The notes below the pieces were generated by a model, which worked only from the letters and a program-made list of their open reading frames with translations, ran no database searches and was not told the origin of the DNA. From Octopus sinensis (taxonomy: Eukaryota): DNA of 10,366 bases. The stretch's first letter is position 1; each line of letters starts with the position of its first letter. The translations under genes and the position numbers were made by a program. The stretch is taken from positions 1-10,366 of the forward strand of contig NW_021827435.1 in NCBI RefSeq assembly GCF_006345805.1. The letters run 5' to 3'. Below are positions 1 through 8,136 of this stretch, piece by piece.

Positions 1-2234
1 AAGGAAGCACCCAAAATCTCTCTCCATTTGAACTTCCATAAAGCAGATTGGAAATCGATCCAAAAAGAGATCCTCAGAGAGGTCTGGCCGGAATGTCTCT
101 CCACACCAGAGACATTGACATGAACTAGAATGTTTCATGTCTTCTGTGCAAGCCGTATGCCAGAAATATGTCCCAGAGCACAAGGCCAAAACAAATAGGA
201 GCAAGATTCCAAGAGAGAGGAAGATCCTCATGAGACGATGGACGAAGGTTGCAAATCGTCTCAACCAACATCCTAAAAGTAGCGAAACGTCCCGCCTAAA
301 AACAACACTGATGGAGATCGAAAAGGCTGGCAACAATCCTATGTGAGGGAGAAAGCAGACAAAGAAGTCTGGGTTATAAAAAACATTAAATCAAACCCAG
401 AGGCCTTCTTTCATTACGCGAAAGAAACAGTCTCAGTGCACTACAAGATAGGACCCATCCTCCAAAAGGATGGCTCCCTCACAGACAGTCCAGCTAAGAT
501 CAGTGAGATGCTGAATGACCAGTTCAAAAGTGTCTTTACACCACCGTTGGAACCAGACAAGTGAACGAACCAGTGGACTTCTTTGCCGCCTCACCTATAA
601 CCAGCGAGGCGTTACAATAGAATGTATTGGCATTAGCGAAGAAGATGTCCTACTAGCCATAGATGAAGTGGACACAAACTCAGCTGCTGGTCCAGATGGT
701 TTCCTAGCAATCCTCCTCAAAGCGTGTAAGCATGCCTTGGCAAGACCCCTCAAGATTCTCTTCCAGAGCTTTCTTGTGAATGGCAAACTGCCAAGCAAGC
801 TGAAGGAGGGAATAATATGCCCAATACATAAAGGGGGAAGTAGAGCAGATGCCAAAACTATATGCCTATCTCTCTGACTTCACACATCAGCAAAGTCATG
901 GAACAGATAGTCAGAAAGAAATTAATCGTCATTCCTTGAGGAAAATAACTTGCTGATGATACCCAGCATGGTTTTCGACCAGGTAGGAGTTGCCTGACCC
1001 CCTCTCTTACAACATTATGACTGGGTGTTGAGGCAGTTACCAACAAATCAAATGTGGACATAATCTACCTTGATTTTGCAAAAGCTTTCGCCAAGGTGGA
1101 TGATGGTATGATATGCCATAAACTGCATGACCTCGGCATACTGGAAAACTTGGAGTGTGGTTACATGACTTCCTGAAAGATAGGAGTCAGGCAGTAGTGG
1201 TTAATGGAGCCACCTCTATGAACACACAAATAGTGAGTGGTGTTCCACAGGGCATTGTCTTGGGACCACTGCTTTTTATAGTGGCCCTCTCAGATATGCT
1301 CTCAAATGCCCAGATAGTCACTCTGGCCAGCTATGCAGATGATACGAAAGTCTCGCAGAAAATACAGAACCCCAGCGATGTTGCACACCTGCAGCAGGAG
1401 TTGGACTCAATCTACAGATGGGCTGAGGATAATAATATGCAGTTTTAATGCTGAAAAATTCCAGGCCCTTGCGCTAACCAGCATCCAAAACTGAATATTA
1501 AACTTACAGGATACACCGATCCACAGGGAATTTCGATCCCAGAGCCTAAGTCTGTGAGGGACCTGGGTATCGATATGAGTGAGGATACCTCTTTCCAAGT
1601 GCACATTACCAGGATGGCAACAAAGTGCAGACGACTGGCTGGATGGATCCTAAGAACATTCAGAACCAGAGATAAGGAAACCATGATGGTCCTCTGGCGG
1701 ACATTCGTCCTCAGCCGCCTGGATTACTGCTCACAGCTATGGTCAACCACCAGTGTGAAATTAACAGCGGACCTTGAAGCAATCCAGAGAAGATTCACAA
1801 AGATCGTCTCTTTGCAACAGCTCAGCTACTGGGAAAGGTTGAAACAGCTAAGACTCTACTCCCTGGAGAGAAGACGGGAGAGATATGCAGTAATATATGT
1901 CTGGAAGATCCTGGAAGGAATTGTGCCAAATTTTGGCATTGTAAGCTACACCAATGCTAGAACGGGACGACACTGCATAGTGCCAAAGATCCCAGCAATG
2001 CCATCACACTTCAGGACCAGCTTCTGCAACAGCCTGGGTTTCAAGGGCCCACAGCTTTTTAATATTTTCCCAAAGAGTCTGAGGAACTTGCACAAAGTAG
2101 ATGTAGCGGTTTTTAAATCAAAGCTGGACATCTTCCTGTCGAGAGTCCCAGATGAACCTACCTCACGGCAAGAGGTGCAAATGAGAGTAGCTATATCAAA
2201 CTCCATTCTTCACCAAGTGCCACATATTAGATGA
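1..2234 (+). pseudogene. Disrupted LINE ORF2 (tether, reverse transcriptase and C-terminal region)
   Basis: RT motifs are spread over several frames: GPDG and IICPIHKGG (ORF 515-877), QHGFRPGRSC (964-993), YLDFAKAF (1066-1089), GVPQG (1239-1253) and YADD (1332-1343). Many frameshifts and stops split it into the ORFs at 137, 343, 515, 1155 and 1554. Confidence 0.92.
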
Positions 2235-2319
2235 GGTTCTTCGTAATAATAGTGTAGCACAAAACGGCGGTGCATCAGCATGGCCGCAGCTCTGAGCTGA
2301 AACAAGAAAAGAAAAAAAA
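1..2319 (+). mobile_element. CR1-like (CR1/L2 group) non-LTR retrotransposon, 3' part; 5' end lies outside the window
   Basis: Continuous ORF2-like homology from base 1 to the stop at 2232-2234, a short 3' UTR with a CAGCTC-T-GAGCTG inverted repeat (2287-2299), then an A-rich tail (2300-2319). Clade assigned from the motifs NFHKADW, WILRTF, SRLDYCSQLWS, LYSLERRRERY and VPDEP, which are typical of invertebrate CR1-like elements. Confidence 0.9.
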
Positions 2320-2338
2320 CCAACTAATTTACCCTTTA

Positions 2339-2351
2339 TTATATATATAAA

Positions 2352-2388
<37 letters not shown>

Positions 2389-2429
2389 ATATATAATATA
2401 TATATATATTACATACATAATATATATAT
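2339..2429. repeat. Interrupted (TA)n microsatellite
   Basis: Direct reading; lies just after the LINE tail. Confidence 0.95.
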
Positions 2430-2608
2430 GAAAAAGAAGGAGGTTGTCAGAATTTTGGATAATTATTTATATAGTGCTTTCATCTCTTTCCGTGAGATTC
2501 ATTGTGAATGATAATTTTTTACAGAAAATTCACACCTTTTATGTATATATGAATTAGTTTAAAATATCTGGAGTTGAACTGGGAAGTGAATGTTCTTTGT
2601 ACTTTTAT

Positions 2609-2612
<4 letters not shown>

Positions 2613-2643
<31 letters not shown>
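2613..2643. repeat. (TG)n microsatellite
   Basis: Direct reading. Confidence 0.95.
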
Positions 2644-2646
<3 letters not shown>

Positions 2647-2691
2647 TCTGTATGTTTGTGTGTGAGTGTGGTGAATTTTTGGAGGCATGGT

Positions 2692-2803
2692 TAGAAAGAG
2701 AAGAGAAAAGTAAGAGAGAATAACAAATGAAAGAAAGAAAGAAGGAAAGAATGAAAGAAAGAAAGAAGGAAAGAAAGAAAGAAAAGAAAGACAGGAAGAA
2801 AGG
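2692..2803. repeat. Purine-rich (GAAA)n/(GA)n tract
   Basis: Direct reading. Confidence 0.9.
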
Positions 2804-3004
2804 AGTCTTTATCTATGATGGTTAAAATTGCATTACATTTTTGGTCAGTTGCCATGCTACCCAGCTATAGAAATGGGTCTTTTTCTGGGATGGTTGAAAT
2901 TAATGATAACTAAAGTCAATTTCCTTTTAGTATTTTATTTTCAGTTGTCATGTTATCCAGCTGTAGAAAATAGACTCCATCAGAAGTTTGGAAGGTTTTT
3001 TTTA

Positions 3005-3005
<1 letters not shown>

Positions 3006-3036
<31 letters not shown>

Positions 3037-3075
3037 ATGCATGCATGTGTGTGTGTGTATGCATGTGTGTGTGTG
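3006..3075. repeat. (TG)n microsatellite with GCAT interruptions
   Basis: Direct reading. Confidence 0.95.
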
Positions 3076-3531
3076 TTTTTTGGTGTTGGTTGCTTAGGTG
3101 AATTTTTATAGTTATTTTAGTAAGAATAATGGGAACATTATTAATAATATTCAGTGATAATCTGATTCAGTTCAACTGTGACACTATTTTTTTAATTAAG
3201 ATTTTTTCCTTTTTTATATATATTTAGTTTAGATAAGAATTTTTTGATAAAATGTAGTTCCATTGCCTTCTGGTACTTTGCATCATCCTTTGGTCATTTG
3301 TTGAAGTTGAACCTGCTGTTTCCACGTATTTCCAGGTGCTTAGTCAGTGGAATCTTACATAAATCTTTTTGTCTTATATGTTGTTTATGGATTCCTGCAT
3401 GCTGGCAAAAGGAATTGTTGGTTTGTTTTGTCAATATAATTTTCTTTGCAATTAGCTCAATTTATGCAGTATATGAGATTCTGTGTCTTATATATATGTA
3501 TATACATTCTATAAATAATAATAATTATTAT

Positions 3532-3703
3532 TATAGGCTTAAAGCTTATAAGCAATCACCATGTATTAATTAAAGAAAATTGTCTAATTTTGGAGTATAG
3601 AAACCTGCAACAGAAAAAAATGGAATGAGGGTTTACACACCTCAATATTAGACTATTTTCTTTAGTCTTAGCAAATTGATCACTTATAAGCTTAAAGCTT
3701 ATA
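3532..3703. mobile_element. Fold-back / MITE-like element A (74-bp inverted arms, 24-bp spacer)
   Basis: 3532-3605 aligns ungapped with the reverse complement of 3630-3703 at 54/74 positions (manual count). Both termini carry the palindrome TATAAGCTT-A-AAGCTTATA (one mismatch in the left copy). The inverted repeat is seen directly; mobile origin is inferred. Confidence 0.6.
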
Positions 3704-3765
3704 GAAATATTATTATCATTTTTTTACAGAATTGTCACTTGTCACCACTTCTCCATTTAATGCAT

Positions 3766-4051
3766 ATCATCATCATCATCATCATTATCGTCGTCATCAT
3801 TATATAATGTCCATTGTTCATGCTGGCATGGGTTGGATGGTTCAGCTGGACTGGCACGCTGGAAGGCTGCACCTGGCTTCAGTCTGATTTGGCACAGTTT
3901 TCTACGGCTGGATGCTATTCCTAATGCCAATCACTCCAAGAGTGTAATGGGAGCTTTTATGTGCCACCAGCATGGGTGTCATTTGTGTGTGACATTAGTA
4001 TCTGCCACCACTGCGATTTTGCTCGGCTCGATGTGTCTTCTTCTAAAGCAC
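3766..4051 (-). mobile_element. RTE-type LINE 3' end (or SINE with an RTE-type tail) with (GAT)n tail
   Basis: Minus strand reads ...GGCATTAGGAATAGCATCCAGCCGTAGAAAAC...CCAACCCATGCCAGCATG...GGACATTA then (GAT)n (3766-3800). The core motif is shared with 4960-5004, 5690-5740 and 9020-9090. RTE assignment is from recalled similarity to cephalopod RTE 3' ends. Confidence 0.65.
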
Positions 4052-4143
4052 ATCATAAGTAATTCATTTATTATTAAATGTAACAATACATAAATTAATA
4101 ATAAATCTCTGAGCAAGGTATAAACAGTAGCTGCACGACATCA

Positions 4144-4357
4144 TGAAGTATATTTGTCACTTAAATGTGGCTAACCCTTAAGGGTGGATGATACTGTAGC
4201 TTGTAGCTCCAGGAAGACATGGCTTCCCTTTGCAAATACTGGAAGGGCACAGAAAGTGTCTCAAAAGCCAGCTGGAGGAGGTGTCTTCCTGGGGCTTCAA
4301 GCTACAGTAGCATACACCCTTAAGGGTTTGTCACATTTAAGTGGTAAATATACTTCA
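4144..4357. mobile_element. Fold-back / MITE-like element B (76-bp inverted arms, 62-bp spacer)
   Basis: 4144-4219 matches the reverse complement of 4282-4357 at 68/76 positions with no gaps (manual count). Each arm contains the perfect palindrome ACCCTTAAGGGT (4174-4185 and 4316-4327). No convincing TSD. Confidence 0.75.
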
Positions 4358-4477
4358 CAAATACATAAATTATTTACATGTTTTAAGTTACAAAACAATT
4401 TGCCATGATATTAGAATTTTCTTATTGTTAAATAAAATTTCATCAAACTATTTCTCTGTCATTTATGACTTTATACT

Positions 4478-4548
4478 TATATATATATATATATAAGTAT
4501 ATATATATATATATATATATATAAGTATATATATGTATATATATATAT
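4478..4548. repeat. (TA)n microsatellite
   Basis: Direct reading. Confidence 0.95.
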
Positions 4549-4597
4549 TTGTGCCTCCATGAGGCCTGCTTGAAAGGAACTCAGCGGCCTCACCTCC

Positions 4598-4609
4598 ATA
4601 TATATACAC

Positions 4610-4701
<92 letters not shown>

Positions 4702-4712
4702 GTATATGTACA
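4598..4712. repeat. Compound (TA)/(CA)/(TA)/(TG) microsatellite
   Basis: Direct reading. Confidence 0.95.
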
Positions 4713-4713
4713 T

Positions 4714-5053
4714 ATGATCGCTGTCCACACCCAGCTGAGGAAGATCAGGTTGTTGCACTTGCAGTAGGCTTCACCCTCATTCACACCAACAACTTCCATG
4801 TTTACTGTGACACCTCCTAAATGACCAGGCATTTCCCTCTATCATATTTTCTTTCTCCAGCCTACACCCCACTCAGTAGAGGGATCTTATCTTGTCAGTG
4901 ACTAGCACCCTCACTGGTGCTGGTGCCATGTTAAAATCACCCAGTATGCTCTGTAAAGTGGTTGGTTTTAGGAAGGGCATCCGACCATAAAAAGCCATGC
5001 CAAAGCTGACACTGGAGCATGGAACATGGATATTAAATGATGATGATGATGAT
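4714..5053 (+). mobile_element. RTE-type 3' fragment with (GAT)n tail
   Basis: GGTTGGTTTTAGGAAGGGCATCCGACCATAAAA (from about 4960) and ATGGATATTAAA(TGA)n at the end match the other copies in the window. The 5' boundary (4714-4900) is uncertain; RKIRLLHLQ* (stop 4765-4767) may be the end of the ORF. Confidence 0.6.
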
Positions 5054-5259
5054 TTACATCATTATTAGATGTGTGTATTTATCCCTTGTTAACAATTAAC
5101 ATGCAAAAAATATATAAATAGTTACCAGGGTAGCAAAAAAATCACACAAGTAAAAAGGCTGTTTTTAAAGGTAGAAACCTCTGGTTTACGTGAAAAATTT
5201 TGTATAATATATATAAATAAATAAATGGAGTTAAACACAGGTGTTATTCAAATTCTTTT

Positions 5260-5348
5260 ACTTCCAACACATGTTTCGAAGATATCACTGGTATTATTCC
5301 AAAGGAATAAAATTGTGTAAAACAATGTAATCTTCTCTTCAGGGAAAT
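5260..5348 (-). ncRNA. Type I hammerhead ribozyme motif (Penelope/retrozyme-like)
   Basis: Minus strand, 5'->3': stem I ATTTCC (5348-5343), core CTGAAGA (5342-5336), stem II GAAGAT (5335-5330) pairing with ATCTTC (5283-5278), GAAA (5277-5274), helix III ACA-TG-TGT (5274-5267), H17=T (5266), stem I partner GGAAGT (5265-5260). All core nucleotides and the G10.1-C11.1 pair are present. Confidence 0.72.
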
Positions 5349-5478
5349 GAAGAAATGAAACTCGTCAATAAGACATTTTAGCAGAAAATGATGGATATGT
5401 ATAGTGATTAACTGAACGCTATTAAGATTGTTTCAAATACTTGTTATAGGATATAACGTCAGCGGTAGCCAATAGAAA

Positions 5479-5493
5479 TGTATATATATAATA

Positions 5494-5558
<65 letters not shown>
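5479..5558. repeat. (TA)n microsatellite
   Basis: Direct reading. Confidence 0.95.
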
Positions 5559-5633
5559 GAAGGAGAGAGAGTGGGGGAACAAAGAACTAAAGTAAGCACT
5601 GGAGAACATGCGACCAAGGCCAGTATGGAACTT

Positions 5634-5935
5634 CATCATCATCATCATCATTTAACATCCGTTTTTCATACTGCACAAGGTTCTGTTGACTGTTTTGGCC
5701 TGGTTTCTACAGCTTAATGCCCTTCCTATCACCAACCATTTTCAGGTTGTATTGGGTGCATTTTAGCATGGCACCAGCAGCAGTGAGGCCACCAAATGAC
5801 TCAGCAGATCAACTGGAAGAGGGAGCAGTATTGAGGGAGGAGGTGTTGTGCCAATTGGTGAGAGGTTTAAGCATAATAGAAGGATAGAGATGGGTATCTT
5901 GCTGCAGAGTAGATACATGGCTACCCAAGCTGGAA
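5634..5935 (-). mobile_element. RTE-type 3' fragment with (GAT)n tail
   Basis: Minus strand CCTCACTGCTGCTGGTGCCATG...GGTTGGTGATAGGAAGGGCATTAAGCTGTAGAAACC...GGATGTTAAA(TGA)n aligns with 4909-5053. The 5' boundary (5790-5935) is uncertain. Confidence 0.65.
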
Positions 5936-6003
5936 AAGAAAGGAGAGGGAAAGAGAGAGGAGAGAGAGGGGGCTAATGATGATGATAATGATGATGATGA
6001 TGA
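5936..6003. repeat. (GA)-rich tract followed by (GAT)n
   Basis: Direct reading. Confidence 0.85.
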
Positions 6004-6077
6004 CAACTTAGCATTGAAGTCATAAGAGTTGCCTCGTTAAAATCATACTGCACATTTAAGAAATTTAAGATTTGTAA

Positions 6078-6400
6078 GCTGGCACTCCTTTGGTTATGAT
6101 GATGAGGTTTCCAGCTGATCTGATCAAGAGAACAGCCTGCTTGGGAAATTGACCTGCAAGTGGTTGAGTACTCCACAGACATATGTACCCTTAACATGGT
6201 TCTCAGGGAGCTCCAGTGTGATACAGAATGTGACAAGGCTAGTCCTTTGAAATACAGGTACTACTCACTTTTGCCAGTTGAGTGGACAGGAAAAACAAGA
6301 AATAAAGTGTCTTGCTTGAGGATACAATGTACCCCTGGGAATCGAACTCACGACCTTACGATTGTGAGCCGAATACCCCAAACCATTAAGCCACGCACCT
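6078..6400 (-). mobile_element. tRNA-derived CORE-type SINE (copy 1)
   Basis: Pol III A box TGGCTTAATGG (6393-6383) and B box GTTCGATTCC (6347-6338) on the minus strand, followed by TCCTCAAGCAAGACACTTTATTTC, which resembles the CORE domain known from octopus OR-family SINEs. Aligns over its full length with 6420-6742. Confidence 0.85.
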
Positions 6401-6419
6401 CTATTCAAACATTAGTTCT

Positions 6420-6742
6420 GGTACTCTGTGGGTTACAACAATGAGGCTTCTAGTTGATCTGATCAACAGAAAAGCCTGCTTGTGAAATTAACGTGCAAGT
6501 GGCTGAGCACTTCACAGATATGTGTACCCTAATTATAGTTCTCAGGGAGATTCAGTGTGACTGAGAATGTGACAAGGCTGGTCCCTTGAAATACAGGTAC
6601 AACTCATTTTTGCCAACTGAGTGGATTGGAGCAACATGAAATAAAGAGTCTTGCTTAAGCTCACAATGCATCACCAGGAACTGAACTTGTGAACTTCTGA
6701 TCATAAGTCAAATACCCCTAACCACCGGGTCACATGTCTTCA
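6420..6742 (-). mobile_element. tRNA-derived CORE-type SINE (copy 2, degenerate head)
   Basis: Roughly 84-86% identical to copy 1 over two segments counted by hand. A and B boxes are degraded (TGACCCGGTGG, GTTCAGTTCC). Confidence 0.85.
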
Positions 6743-7080
6743 CAAACCATAGACACATACATAGATACACTCATTTTCTGTTCTCTTGTCGTTAACATAT
6801 ATTTTTTTACAATAATGATGCTGTACATTAAGTATTTAAAATTCCATTTTACATTTAAGATTAGGTCACCGAGACTCTACACTACTGTGTATCTATGACA
6901 TAGTAAGTGGAACGTGAGGTGTTACTGACAAAGTTGTTGCCACAACTGGTGGGCGGGTAGGAGTGGGAATTAGATGGAAAATAACAATAAAAGAAAAAGA
7001 CAAAGAACTTAGGAGCATACATTGTTTAAATGGCAAAAAAATTGCTCACAGCCACAATGTTTTGCTGTATGTTGTTGTGA

Positions 7081-7124
7081 GTGTATGAATGTATGTGTCT
7101 GAATGGGTATGTATATGTATATAT

Positions 7125-7160
<36 letters not shown>

Positions 7161-7333
7161 CATACATATATATGTATGTATATATGTATGTATCTATGTA
7201 TATGTATGTATATATATATGTATGTATATGTATGTATGTATATATATATGAATGTATATATATGTATATATATGTGTGTATGTATGTTATATATAATATA
7301 TATATATATTATATATATATATATATATATATC

Positions 7334-7369
<36 letters not shown>

Positions 7370-7760
7370 ACATATATATGTATGAACATATATATATGTA
7401 TATATATGTTTGTATATGTATATATATACGCTTATATACGTGCAAATATAGTATGTATATTATATATCTCTATATATACATAATTATTTATATATGTATT
7501 GCACACACACACATATATATAAATGTAAATATATATGTGTTATATTATATGTGTGCATGTGTGTGTTTGTATATATGTGTGTGTGTGTGTGTGTGTGTAA
7601 ATACATATTTACATTGATACACACACACACAAACACACACATATACATATATATATATATATAAATGTAAGTGCACACACACACACACACATATATACAA
7701 ACACACACATGCACACACACACACACACTCATACACATACATATATATTAATATATATTA
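7081..7760. repeat. About 680-bp compound microsatellite (TA, TATG, CA, TG)
   Basis: Direct reading; source of the YIYI/VCVC/HTHT ORFs. Confidence 0.95.
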
Positions 7761-8081
7761 ACCTAGTTGTTAATCATCAACAAATTATATAATATTTAGC
7801 AGTTAATTCATCAGCAAAATTAATTGTTTAATTCATGGGCAATTATACATTTAATACTTAATTGACAAGTGACCTGAATTGATGAAGCCGAAACAATCAG
7901 CATTATGTAGTCTATAACAAGTTAAAACAATGGTGTGAACTCAACCTAACAACAGCTGCCCTTTCAACAATTCAGTGAATATCTGATACCCCGCCCTGTC
8001 ACTTATCAACAAAAAATAAGAATTGTCTCGAGAAGTTGTAAACAAAGCATAAACAGTCATCACAATGTAGAACAACATTTT

Positions 8082-8136
8082 TTTCTACTCTAGGCATGAG
8101 GCCTCCAAATTTCAAGCCTTGTGCCTTTAGTGGAAA
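8082..8136. repeat. 21-bp imperfect inverted repeat, probably two SINE 3' tails joined back to back
   Basis: TTTCTACTCTAGGCATGAGGC (8082-8102) versus GCCTTGTGCCTTTAGTGGAAA (8116-8136): 16/21 Watson-Crick pairs with a 13-nt loop. SINE-tail identity is from recollection only. Confidence 0.55.

Noticed and set aside
595-2206. Minus-strand ORFs at 595, 858, 1407, 1445 and 1946
   Set aside because: Antisense shadows of the LINE ORF2.
2845-2969. CRISPR-like repeat-spacer array
   Set aside because: Only two diverged copies, eukaryotic context and no cas genes.
3244-3573. 109-aa hydrophobic ORF
   Set aside because: TTG start, T-rich composition explains the hydrophobicity, no motif, and it ends inside fold-back element A.
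4171-4330. piggyBac ends suggested by CCCTT...AAGGG and TTAA
   Set aside because: TTAA lies inside the palindromes, and the inverted repeat extends about 30 bp beyond them, so it is not a TSD.
4590-4832. Minus ORF MPGHLGGVTVNMEVVGVNEGEAYCKCNNLIFLSWVW as a host exon
   Set aside because: Looks protein-like, but I recognise no family, it runs into a microsatellite without a donor site, and it is antisense to the probable body of the plus-strand repeat.
4477-7742. ORFs rich in YI/VC/HT (4477, 4549, 5433, 5478, 7103-7742)
   Set aside because: Translations of TA/TG/CA microsatellites, which lack stops in some frames.
7760-7814. Second hammerhead (minus CTGATGA at 7814-7808 with ATTAAC/GTTAAT stem)
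   Set aside because: The stem is followed by ATAT instead of GAAA; no helix III or cleavage triplet.
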